Part shown: positions 44,054 through 55,710 of the stretch, piece after piece
How the letters are laid out: each line of letters starts with the position of its first letter
Numbering within the stretch: the stretch's first letter is position 1
Source of the DNA: Amphiscolops sp. MND2022
Taxonomy: Eukaryota
Assembly: GCA_964187785.1 (NCBI GenBank)
Contig: OZ076409.1
Location: 89,778,001 to 89,842,000, forward strand
Direction: 5' to 3'
DNA length: 64,000 bases
Notes under the pieces: model-generated
Told to the model about the DNA's origin: nothing
Seen by the model: the letters and a program-made list of their open reading frames with translations, nothing else
Database searches by the model: none
Translations under genes and position numbers: made by a program

Positions 44054-47000
44054 GTGATGAAAAACAATGAAACCTGCAACGCTCCGAAGTGTCTGAAGCC
44101 TTCAGGGTTGATAGACTGGATAAATTGTAGGCTTTGCAACGGATGGGGCTAAATAAAATGCCCCAATTTATCAAGAACGGAAGCCCGGAGTCTTGCTGAA
44201 TTTAAATGTAGTAGATGCTTTTTTGTGAACACATTCCCTCAGTGTCACGATGATAACTTTAGACCAGACACCCTTTTTAATTCAGGCGTTGTTCATTTAA
44301 AAAGAGTTCCTAAAAAATCACGGATCCCTCCAGCTGAAAACTTGATACCCAAAATTAATGATATTCGTAAAACCCCGTCAAAGATTGCCTTGTGGTGCTT
44401 TTTGCTCTCCTCTCTAAGCTGTTTTTTGGAAAAACCACCTCAAGGAGGTAAACGTCAGAGGTCATCACTCGAGATGGTGTCATTGAGAGAAGACCGAAAA
44501 GCGACAGAAAACCGCAGCAGAAAAGCCAGTTAGATCGACGACTGCGTTCAATTTGCACTAAATTGGACGAAGGTAATATTAAGGTCGGAATCAGAATCGC
44601 AGTAGGCGACGACAACTTTGCAGATTTCACGGTCAACAACTACGCTGCCCTCAAGTTGAAACATCCGCAAAGGAAAACTTGCTCTGTTCCGGACCCCACA
44701 GATATCGATTGTTTTGAAAGATTTGACTGCCAAGTCGAACGGGCAAATTGGACTGAATTTTCTCAAAGCCTTAACAAATCTTGCGAATGTAATTCTCGAA
44801 GAAAAAGTAGCTTTCGAACTTCGGCCGTACATCTTTGGTGCGAAACTATTTGCGCTAAAAAAGCCCGATGGAGGACTTCGTCCTATCGCTCTAGGCAATA
44901 CTCTCCCCCGATTGTCCGCAAAATGTGCCGGATACCATGTCTTCGAATCACCTCAAGCAAAATACGGAAATCGACAAGTAGGTGTAGGTACAAAAAGGGG
45001 CGCTGAATTGGCCTCACATGTTTTCCGTTGTTTGATAGAAAGCCCCCAGCCGGAAGAAAATGTAATTTTGAAAATTGACTTTGAAAATGCTTTCAATTCG
45101 ATAAACCGGCAATTCATGCTAGATAAACTTTTTGAAATACACCCTGAAGTTTATAAGTATTCACATTCAGCGTACAGTTAGCCAAGTTTTCTTTTTTTTA
45201 CGGTGATTCGGTAATCAAATCTTGTGAAGGGACCCAGCAAGGAGATCCTGAGTCTCCAGCTTTGTTTTCGGATTCCAATCAGGATCTGATTGACAGTTTG
45301 GAGTCGAAAAAAACTTATGGTACCTTGACGATGGGAATTTAAGTGATGATTACCGAACCGCTTCGAAAGATCTCAAAAAAATTGTTGAAGCGGAAAGAAC
45401 GCTGGGACTTAAAATTAAACCCACGAAATGTGAATTTATTTTCCCTGAAGATATCACTGAAAAACGACGATCGACAATTTTAGCATCTTTCCAAAAACTT
45501 TGCCCCGGGATCAAAACACCAAAGAAAGATGTACTCATCATTCTTGGTTCACCGCTCGGCCCGAAATCACAAGCAGACCTATTGGAAAAGAAAATTAATG
45601 AACTGGAAAAAGTTAACAGGGTTGTTGAAAAACTAGATGCGCACTATGGTTTTTTATGTTGAAAAAATGCTTCAGTTTGCCAAAGTTGTTGTACTTTCTG
45701 AGAACCAGTACATGTTTTAATCATCCAGCTCTCTTGGAAAAATTTGACAAAACCGTGCGCGACGGACTTTCCAAAGTGTGTAACGTGAACTTCGGCGATA
45801 TTTCGAGTACTCAGCTGGCTCTGCGTGCTGCGATGGGTGGTCTTGGGATTTCATCCGCATCATTATTAGCACTTCCCGGCTTTCTGGCCTCAGCTTTTGG
45901 CGCGAATGTCTCACGACGATTATCTCGGAAACATTCGAAGATGTTTCATTACAAAAGCGCTTGAGAAGTGGTTGAGTTTGACGAATGAACAGGAAAGTCC
46001 TCTCGATGGAACTCAGAAAAATTAGACACAACCTGTCTAAGTCAAAACCGCCCAAGATTTGATTCTTAGAATGGATGATAAGCGTTCGAAAGATTTTAAC
46101 GCTCATCAAGGCAATTTCGGATCTCAAGGCTAAACGTTGTTCCTTGCAAGAACTTATGCCTGAAACCTGATGATCAGCAACATCGAATTTCAATTGGTTT
46201 GCGTCTCAGTGCCAACATCTGCGTTGCGCATACGTGCCACTGTGGTAAAAGAGTTGAACGGGACTGTGTACAGGTGGAGTGTACGCCTTTAATCTAATTG
46301 CTTGGGTCTAATGGAATTAGATCTAACTGTTAGGTCTAACTTTCAGATCTAATTTTATCTAAAATACTTAGGTCTAACCCCTTTATGATCTAATATGTGT
46401 TCTGAAAGCGAGAATATAATGTGGGGCATATGTGATGTATGCACGCTCGCCCTCACCGTCGCAAAGACCAGCTCCCACTACTATCGCTTCGCGATCTCCG
46501 TTCCCGCTAGGTCTTTGCTCCTGTTCGACCTTGCTTAGCAAGATGGGAATATAAGCGGCCCCAAGGGGCCGCGGGGCACTAGAGGAAATGGCGACATATC
46601 CAAGGCACGTTTTATACTTTATATCATTTTTTAGTTTTAGATCCTAATTGACTTATTTTTTTTCTCAAACTAGATCAAATTAGATAAGATTTTTAGAACT
46701 GATTATTTAGATCAATTTATTTAGATCTCAGTTTTGCCCCCTTTCTTAGATCTATTTCATTAGACCTGATTCCACGTAGCCTTACAGGTCTTTCTTGCAC
46801 CAAGAATAATGGTCGCTTCTCTCGTCTTGCGACTCTCAATTCTTTCAGAAAGCAGACGTTGGGATCTCTCGACTTGCCTTCAATGCTCGAACCGCGTGGA
46901 CTGTACCAAACTGATGGCAAACGCCCAGACGGTGTTACCATGATTTCTTGGGAAATGGGTAAACAGCTGGTGTGGGATGTCACGGTTGTGGATGCTCTTG

Positions 47001-47152
47001 CACTCAGTCGCCCGAATCAAGGCTCTTTATGCAACCCGGAACCACCGCCACCGAGATTGAAGTGCGTAAAATTGAGAAGTATCGCGAATTAAAAGACAAT
47101 GCATACATTTTTCAGCCGGTGGCCTTGGAAGTACACGGTTTTTCAGGCGAGA
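44054..47152 (+). mobile_element. CRE-like retrotransposon copy 2 (PHD-RT-Zn-REL), interrupted by MITE 46276-46781
   Basis: As copy 1, then continues GLSC..GRF, DGKRPDG, WDVTVVD, KIEKY, FQPVALE. Confidence 0.88.
46276..46781. mobile_element. Foldback MITE (TAGATCTAA arms) carrying cassette A. Partial duplicate at 41891-42133
   Basis: TSD GTACAGGT/TTACAGGT (one mismatch), GG...GTAGCC ends. Confidence 0.85.
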
Positions 47153-47486
47153 GGGGTGGCTGCAAATAGGTCGAATTTTCCTGGTCGAAAGGACAGAGGT
47201 CGAACCTTTTGATCGAGTTGCAGGGATCGATTGGAATGCGGTCGAGTTTTATCGTATTTGTTGTATGGCTCGGTCGCTTCGCTCCCTTCGCCAAGTAGCA
47301 ACATTGAGGCATGGCCATATTGCACGTCGCCCCGCTTCGCTTCGCTCCTGCATTCAGGGCACTAGGGGTATGTGAACACATGTGACTACGTTATAAAAAT
47401 TTCAATCCGAGTTGTTTCGATCCCATTCAAATATTTGGTATTTCGACCTGAGGACTAACTCTGATTTTCGATCCCGTTCCCTCGAC
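47153..47486. mobile_element. Third GGTCGA-arm MITE (cassette B), right end truncated
   Basis: High similarity to 8178-8522. Confidence 0.85.
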
Positions 47487-47488
47487 GA

Positions 47489-47895
47489 GGCATGTAAAGC
47501 CGCTAGGTGACTAGGTGAGCTAGGTACTGGGTAACTAGGTAAAATTTGACTAGTTGACTAGGTAAATTTTGACTAGTTGACTAGGTAAAATTTGACTAGT
47601 TGACTGGGTATTATATTTTTAAAAACTGGGTAAATCTTTTCGAAAGACTCTTGTCGAGTAATTGCGTCGAATCCATTGCAAATGTAAAATGGTCAAACAA
47701 TGTTTTGGCTGTCGGATATGCCCCATTTCCTCTAATGCCCCGCCGCCCCTTGGGGCCGCTTTTGTTTCCATCTTGCTAAGCGAGGTCGAACAGGAGCAAA
47801 GACCTAGCGGGAACGGAGATCGCGAAGCGATCGTAGAGGAAGCTGGTCTTTGCGACGGTGAGGGCGAGCGTGCATACACCGTATTTGACCCCATT
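47489..47895. mobile_element. Truncated foldback element (ACTAGGT/GACTAGTT arm) carrying cassette A
   Basis: GG start, tandem ctaggt/gactagtt array, cassette A at 47714-47895. Right arm not seen. Confidence 0.65.
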
Positions 47896-49232
47896 TTTAT
47901 TTATATGACCAATTTATTTTACAAAGTTATGCTGGAATTGTCAGTGATTGAAATTATCAATAACTTCTGAGTTTTATTGTTATTCTCACCGGAAAGCAAT
48001 TTTGTCGAGTTAAACTGGACAGTAGTCGGCCCTTTTTGATTGATATGGAGGACAAATTCAATAAAAAACTAATGAAGTTGATGAATGACGGGCACATATC
48101 TGCTGAATTCTATCGGGGGGTCCGGAGCACTGGGGCACAGCCGGCCAAGATGTATGGGTTGGCAAAGGTACATAAGGCGGGAACGCCGCTCGCCCGATCC
48201 TTTCCCTTCCTGGCAGTATGTATGAGCCGCTAACTAAAGAATTGGCAAAGCTTCTAGACAGAGTTCAAGGGACGCAAATTGAATGCAGTACCTCCTCCGT
48301 GAAGGAGGGATTAGCTGATCTCGACCTGGATGAGGACGAGGTGCTCATTTCTCTGGACGTGGAAAGTTTATTCACATATGTTCCTGTGCATGAGATCATC
48401 CAACAGGCAGCAGATGATCTCTACGCAACTGATGCAGAGAAGCCATTTACGAAACCGACGTTCATAAAACTTATGGAAATGGCGGTGAGTGATGTGTATT
48501 TCATGTGTGAGGGTGTCTGGTATCAATAAACTGATGGTGTTGCTATGGGATCTGTACTGTCGGTGATGTTGCGAACCTGTGGCTTTTTAAGCACGAAGGT
48601 TTTCTGGGTGGGGATAACCATTTCCTGCAGGAAGAGACAGGTAACACCAACGTGACGGAGCAGTTCTTCGAAGAGTCCAGTCAGGACCCTTGTGGAAAGT
48701 GTGGCAAGCGTGTTACGAAACGTGGCTAGTCGATTCAGTGTATTCGGTGCGGATACTGGTATCACAGATTGTGCTCTGGGAGGTCTGTTTCAGAAATTCG
48801 CCAAATCTCAGAAGGCACATGGAGATGTGGGTGTCGTCAATCTGCCACTCCTTGTGGGCTTTCTGGCGCGAAGTTCTTTGAACGCTATGTGGATGATATT
48901 TTGAGAACCATCAAGAGAGACGAGATCCCTGGTGTGTTGGCGATTGCGAACAAGATTCATCCAAACTTGAAGTTCACAATGGAGGTAGAAGAGAACAGGA
49001 GCATTGTGTTTCTGGATATGCTGGTGCATCGGCAGAATGGAAAATGTGAGACGAAGTGGTATCTCAAGCCCACAGATATTGGACTGTGCAGGTCCTTTTA
49101 TGCGGTCGCTCCCACACGTTATAAACGAAATATAGTCGAGGGCATGATACACCGCATTAGTAATGCGACGTCCAACTGGCTGAATTTTTTTGAGGGGCTC
49201 GAAAAGGCCAAAAGCATCTGGGAGGCGAACCA

Positions 49233-49493
49233 GGTATTGCATGAAATGGGTCGAATGAAATAGGTCAAAAAGAATTAGGTCGACCCTTTTGGTCGAATAA
49301 CTTAGGTCGAATTGACTGAGGTCGAATTGGGTCGAATGGACTTGGGTCGAAATCAATATGTTGTCTCCCTTGAACTTGGCATTTTTCAAGGTCAACCCAA
49401 GTCCATTCGACCCAATTCCGAAACGGTGAAGATTCGACCCATGGCACAGGAGGCCGATTCGACCCATTTCTTTCGACCCATTTCCGTTCACCC
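49233..49493. mobile_element. Foldback MITE (GGGTCGAA arms) inserted in PLE2
   Basis: TSD GCGAACCA (49225-49232 and 49494-49501). Removing it restores WEANQYPPDFY. Confidence 0.9.
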
Positions 49494-50194
49494 GCGAACC
49501 AGTACCCTCCTGATTTTTACGAACCAATCGTAAAATCAGTTGTAGAGAAACTGGTCAGTGGCGGACCCAGCGGATCACCACCACAGTCGAATCAAGTGGA
49601 AGAAACGAGAATGAAAAGATCTGTTTTGATATTGCAGTATCGTTGGAAGATATCGGATAGATTGGCGAAAAGAATTAGACAAGGGTCCAATGTATCGGTG
49701 ATTTTCACAACCAGAAAACTGAGATAATGCTTACCATCATTGAAGGGACGGACGGAGGACGTTTTAAAGAGTCGCGTTGTTTATGAATTGACGTGTTCAA
49801 ACTGCGAAGTTTGCTATGTTGGGCAAACCGTCCGACAACTCACAACGAGACTCAAGGAACATCACCAACCGTCTTCAACAGTGGGTCAACATATTCAGCA
49901 ATGTGGGGAAAACGCCAGAATTTCATCGCGCATTATCGACGGCACGAGTGACTGCGATACTCTCATGACTCTGGAGGCACTGTATATCGATCGGCTAAAA
50001 CCCGGCCTCAATCAGCGCGAGGAATACCGGACGAGGCAGCTGACATTGAGGCTATGATATATGGCTTTTCACGTGTCGTGGATTTTTCCACCTGTGATGC
50101 TCTAATACGACTTCTCTGATAGTCTTCAACGACATTAATTCTATCAAATCCTGTGGGTTTATCCCTCTCTTTTGATTGTAAAAGCTTTTTTTTA

Positions 50195-50232
50195 GACCTT
50201 GATAATGAGTTAATAACTCGAAAACGTTTGGC
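50195..50232 (+). ncRNA. Minimal hammerhead ribozyme (U3-A8 variant) at the PLE2 3' end
   Basis: CC TTGATAA T GAGTT-AAT-AACTC GAAA ACGT TT GG. Stem I is short. Confidence 0.7.
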
Positions 50233-50695
50233 GAAATCCTGTTTTATCATTAATGTTATTTGTTTAGATGCAAAATATCTCACAGTAAGTCAACTTTGAA
50301 AGCTGTTTGCATTCAGTGCGCAACATCTACAAAGGCAAAAGTGAAAATTTTTGAAAAAAGCTGAGACCGTATATACGTTGCTTTGAGTAGATGTGGTAAT
50401 TTCAGATTTAATTCACATATTTTAGCAGGGGAATTAAAAATTGCAGCATTAATTGCATGAGAACATAGTTGATTACAATATCGTAACCAATTCGAGCCGT
50501 GTAGCACCAAATTTTGACCAATTTAATTTTTTAATATCAATTTTCAACGATTTTATTGGGCCGATGAATAGCTTGCAAAATTCGACGCTTGGGGTATCCG
50601 CCCACACATCAGCCCGCTGGTTAGTCAAGCTCATTCATGGTTGGAATATCAATATATGATGCGGTTTTGCCATGCGGACGTGTTTTTAGACGCTA

Positions 50696-51424
50696 ATGTT
50701 GCTCAATGCACGCACTATTCTACTTGGAAGCAAGTGTTGTTTAATACCATATAGGAAAAACCATGTTGAAAAGTATCATAATTGGATGAAAGATGAAGAG
50801 TTGAGATACTTGACTGGGTCCGAGTTGCTGTCCTTAGAAGAAGAATTTTCTATGCAAGAAAGCTGGCGCAATGATAAAGACAAATTAACTTTTCTAATTG
50901 CTGATACGAAGATTCTTGAGGATCTTGCACAATCGGACCACTGCTGCTGTGATAACAAATCCCCTGTTTACCTTTTTTGCCTAAAGTATTGCAACATGAA
51001 GATGAGAAAAACAAAAGGCCAGTTGTGCCAATGGTGTACTGAAGAAAGTAGGGCCTTGATTGGGGATATAAATTTGTTTTTATCTGATGACAGTGATGTG
51101 AAATTGGGTGAAATCAATCTGATGATTGCGGAACATGCATATAGACGCAAAGGTATTGGTGCATCAGCCCTCATGATGTTTCTAGATTACGCATTTAAAC
51201 AACTTGATGTCAAACGTTTCGTGGCAAAAATCCTCGAGAGCAACAAATCCAGCGTAGCCTTCTTTACATCGATGGGTTTTACGGAGCATGAGCGAAGCGC
51301 TGTTTTTAAAGAAGTTACCATGGTCAATGACACCTGGTATCCATCAATGCATGAAGGTTATTCAACACATAATATTGAATCAGAGTGCACATCGGATCAA
51401 CTTGGGATGTTGGAAATTATTTAA
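50696..51424 (+). CDS. NAT9: N-acetyltransferase 9-like (GNAT), intronless, 242 aa
   Basis: LIPY..HVEKYH.WM..EEL..LTGSE.L.LEEE..MQ.SW..D.DK.TF, IGDINLFL, GEI..MIAE...RRKGIG and VFKEVT match the NAT9 family pattern as I recall it. Confidence 0.92.
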   Translation: MLLNARTILLGSKCCLIPYRKNHVEKYHNWMKDEELRYLTGSELLSLEEEFSMQESWRNDKDKLTFLIADTKILEDLAQSDHCCCDNKSPVYLFCLKYCNMKMRKTKGQLCQWCTEESRALIGDINLFLSDDSDVKLGEINLMIAEHAYRRKGIGASALMMFLDYAFKQLDVKRFVAKILESNKSSVAFFTSMGFTEHERSAVFKEVTMVNDTWYPSMHEGYSTHNIESECTSDQLGMLEII

Positions 51425-53360
51425 CCGCTCTGCCTACAATTCGTTTGGGCTATCACAGACGGCTCGATGACCTTTAGAATGTACTGTGGTGGAAGCCGAA
51501 AACATGAAGCCTCGCGAATGCCTTGACGTTGGGGCTTCTGAAAGAAGGATTTAATTCGGCACCAATCTATGAGAATAAATCCCCGCAACACTTAGGAGCT
51601 TACCAAATTACTTTAATCAGTGGAGAAAAATCTACAAATCAAATTACTCAAGTCTCCCATTGGGCCTACTACGAGTTCCTACTCCGAGTTGAATGAATAT
51701 GGAAATAATTCATCGAATGAAAATTTTTTAAAAGGATGTTGAAACATATAACTAAACGTTGTCAAGATAAAGTAAGAATCTGCCAGTATGTGTAGCTCAC
51801 TTTTCCTGAGAATTACATTTATTGTTTGTAACTAGATCGAAATCTGTTATATTTGCTTCCCAATTTCTCACAATCAACTCTTCAATCGAAAGCAAATTCA
51901 AATAGTATTGGTTCCGTAGTATTTTTCATTTTTGAGATACTTCAAATTGTTTGTCCTTCGTTTACGTTCATTAGCTAAGCTGATTCAAGTGTTTCCTAAG
52001 CTGATTTAAGTGTTTCCTATTTCGAGTGGTTTATGCATCAATTCTATTTTTTTACTCGTTCTACAGCTTCTAATTGAGATTGTTTGTACAGGATGCTGTT
52101 TGGCGAAGCAGAAGCTGTGCACGGGGGAAACGTACACAGATAGCTTCGCTGGTGAATCTGCCTGCTTCAAATGGTGTCTTACTGTGTTCTTTTCAACGCC
52201 TCGGTTTTAAATATATTGCTTAGCCAACGAGTGCGTTCCTTTATGGATATGTTTCAATACCAGAGAACGGTGTTTCAGTGAAGTTTCTAGTACTCTGTGG
52301 TATGGAAAGATGGTTGATGTACGGCATGTTTTACATGAGACGTTGCAATCAGCGTGAAACAAGGGGATACCGTTTTTCATGCGAATTTTCTGTCTCCCGG
52401 CCGAGTCGCAGTCTTTCTTAAATTCACCGCCGTTTGCGGCGTGGAACATCATCTGTGCTATTCTCATGCTTTATATTGTCCTGAGCCGACTATTTGTTCG
52501 TTTCCTGGCGTAGCTTTGTATTATATTCAGTCTACACATGCAAAATATTCTTGAATTTTTTATTCTTTCCCAACCGTCATTTATACATGTGCGCATTTTA
52601 CCGTTTACTGACAATCACAGAAGACTGCATTGCTTCTCTTCATGCTTTACTAACACGATTGTCTCTACCACAGATGTTAGTATTCATTCTTTCTCATACT
52701 GTAAATCTTACTAAAAATCTATACTAAAGATATTGATGCATAAACCTTAAGCCGAAATAGGATTAGAAAGAAATCTTTTATTTTTTGTCGCTTATCAATT
52801 ATTCCTTTCCTGTGTGTTATCTTTGAGCAAAATGTGCCATACCTAATCACCGAGGTTTTTTCTTTGTATTTAGTTAATATTTTAGCTTAGTAAATGCTCG
52901 CAGTTAAAGGACATGTCTAGTCAAGACATCCAGCTACCGCTAAACTCTCACTGGCTTGACTCAGTTGGCTGGAGAACAGTGGGCCACTGCTCAACCCAGA
53001 GTGACAAAAGGGTTGTGCGCAAAAGTCGGCAGGTTTATCGGACAATTGTTCAGTCCGAGACTCGGCCCAATGGAGGAGAAACCAGTACGTCGGATTTGGT
53101 CAAAAGTTGGTTGGCGAAAAATTTGTTTGTAGTCGGCGTTTTTGCTTCGGGAAAAGTGCAGGACTTTAAGAGCGGTTTTCTTTTACTCCGGAATATTGAC
53201 GAGACAGGACAAGTGAATTGTGATTTGAAGAGTACCGTTTTTCAATTTTGAGTGCAAAAAATGAAAGGAAATAGTATTCGGGAGTCTTATCGAACTTCTA
53301 GAGAGAAACAAACGGATGAGGTTTTCAATTCACAAGTCTGGGGCATGAAGAAAATGAATA

Positions 53361-53532
53361 TACTCAACTCCGTTTATAACGATTACGTTTATAACGATAT
53401 TCCGGTTATAGCGATAGTTTCACGGTCCCGGCCACGATGCTAGTATATAGCGATTTTCGCCTATAAAGATATTCGGATATAACGATTAAAAAACGCCGGT
53501 CCCCGGGCAATCGTTATAAGCGGAGTTGAGTG
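53361..53532. mobile_element. Tc1/mariner (pogo-like) MITE
   Basis: TIR (C/T)ACTCAACTCCG(T/C)TTATAACGAT, TA flanks. Confidence 0.8.
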
Positions 53533-54677
53533 TATACTTATGTAAATGCGAAGTCATTGAGTCTAATTGTCATCTCAGAAATCTTGAGAACATAGTTTTA
53601 CCTTATGGAACAATTTGAATACTGTCCTAATATTTTCGGACGTTTTTGAGACCAAATAGCGGCATTAGCGTAGAGCCATTCAAAAGCACCGGTACTTTGG
53701 ATGTCAATTTTTCCGGTGCAATTCCACCTACAGTTGCAAACTGCATGCATTCGAAAGGCGTTAGTCTGCGTGTTTCCTGAAAAAAAAAATTGGGGAGAAA
53801 CTCGACTAAAGATCGAACAATTTGGGAGAAGGGTTGCCAATTTTTAGATTGCCGAAATTTTCGTCGTCGAAAATTGTCTCCTATAATTTTTTTGCACTTT
53901 CGCTTGGTTTTTAAGAATAGCAAGGCAGTGAATTCATAATTTGGCGAAAAAAGCCTCAAAAATCTCAATTCTATAATTGGATACTTCAATAATTGAATCG
54001 GTATCTATGATATCACAGGGTTACCCTAAAGGGGTTAAAAATAAATGTTGCTTTAAACAAATTAGTATAGAAAGATGAACCAAATCAATAAATTGTAGAA
54101 AACTGGATACCAAGACTAGCTCCTTTTAATTCCCGTTGTCACTGCCGCTTTTTGAAAGAGAAAATTGCTTGAAAAAAGTTTTTAATCTTCGGACATCGTT
54201 TTTAAACACACATTTTACTGAAATTGAACAGCGAAAACCCAACGGAAACACAATTCTTTCTTCCGCTATCAACTAGCGTGAACAAACTTTCCTTTCAAAA
54301 ATGACATTGAGTTGTCTAACTGTTGATAAAAGACTGAGGTTCCTAGTTGAATTACGAGGCATAGCGTATTTGTCGTATTTGAGATCACTTCTATCGGATT
54401 GAAAATAAACCTTCGAAAAGTCATTATAGTCGCGGTTCATTTTATAAGTTTTATAAGGCACGAAGAAGTCCACGGACCTAAATTTTAAATTTTGCACTTT
54501 TATTGGTATCGATACCTCAGTACTCTATGGTGTATTTTGGCCGGAACGCAGTGTTCGAAACGAAGTTTCTGCGTTAATGTGCTAAAAAAATTATCAACGC
54601 GTATTTAACTCGTACCAGATCACTGATTCAGCTCGAGTGCCTCACACCCGAATGTACCCAACTGGTTGATAAACTTC

Positions 54678-54937
54678 CCCAGTCGAACTTACAGACATTT
54701 TCGGCAAGAATCTGTCAGATTTCACTTCCAAGATCTTAAAGAATTTTTTTCAATTTCCAGACATTGTCTTGCAAGATTCGTCCAAGATTCTTGCAAGAAA
54801 CCTCTGAATCTGCAAGAAATGTCTGATCTGACAGGTTCGTCTGAAATGTAAGATACTTGCAAGATTTTTGCAGATAGTGTCTGATATATACCACTTCTGC
54901 AAGATACTTGCAAGAAATGTATGGGAGTTCGATTGGG
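54678..54937. mobile_element. CCCA-ended MITE with palindromic TCTTGCAAGA repeats
   Basis: TIR CCCAGTCGAACT/AGTTCGATTGGG. No clear TSD. Confidence 0.7.
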
Positions 54938-55534
54938 ATTGTGTTATCAGGTTAAAAATGATGAAAATGCCAAAAAGGTTTGACTGAGCGGTTTTTAACG
55001 TTTAACTAGAAATTTCTGATTATTCGAGTCAGACAATGTATACAAGGGAAGGACCCACTGTCTTTTTTAGGAGTCGGAAAAAAATTTCGACAAATTATGC
55101 AATCGTGTCGTTTTTTTTTCTCCCGACCTATCATGAAAATTTCAAATTTCCTAAACTGTCCATACGATTTTCATAAAATTTTGCACAGTCATTCTACACC
55201 CAAAGGGGCTCCTGTATGCGCAAAATCATCAAAATCGTAAGACTGGAATGTGAGAAACGTTTTTTGATTGAACATATGGTCCTATGTGTGCATTTTCAAT
55301 AAATTCGAATGACTGGGATTCGAACGAGTCAGAAGGAAAAAGACCTAAGCCGACTCCTTTACCGCATATGCGGCTCTGGTTCAAAGTTCTTCCGTTACAT
55401 TTTTATTTTCCGACCCACATTTTCAATGGGGAGGAAAATCATCATCTGTGTTGCGTTTTTTTTCCAAATTCTGCCAAATCTCCACGCTCCATCACTTCAC
55501 TCACCACTGTAGGTGGTGAGTCAAGTAACAGTAG

Positions 55535-55710
55535 TGGGAATTAAGACCCACAAGATTATTAAGTGGAAATTTGGGAAAATGGGATTAAGATCCAAAGGGA
55601 ATAAGATCTAAAATTTCAGGACGGGAATAAGATCTAAAGGGAATAAGATCTAAAATCACTAAATTTTATATCTTATTATTTAGATCCTATTCCCCTCCCA
55701 AAATAGCTAT
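55535..55710. repeat. GGGAATAAGATC foldback-type array
   Basis: Several direct copies plus inverted gatcctattccc. Ends unresolved. Confidence 0.55.

Larger units (their letters stand above)
37758..46519. repeat. Tandem duplication, period 4385 (37758-42133 and 42143-46519)
   Basis: Paired ORFs offset by 4385, few substitutions, 9-nt junction filler. Confidence 0.96.
47990..50260 (+). mobile_element. Penelope-like element 2 (RT with internal PHD finger + GIY-YIG), decayed
   Basis: PAKMYGLAKVHK, SLDVESLFT, DGVAMGS, RYVDD, FLDM, WYLKPT, VVYELTCSNC..YVGQT..RLKEH, LNQREEYR. Outer ends approximate. Confidence 0.92.

Noticed and set aside
46555..46582. Helitron 3' end (hairpin + CTAG) in cassette A
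   Set aside because: Conservation continues past CTAG in all copies, the next base is A rather than T, and no TC 5' end was found.
48808..49527. 239-aa minus-strand ORF
   Set aside because: Antisense to PLE2 RT plus a MITE, with no recognisable motif.
52010..52560. Possible coding segment downstream of NAT9
   Set aside because: Moderate GC but only short ORFs with no recognisable motif or consistent splice structure.
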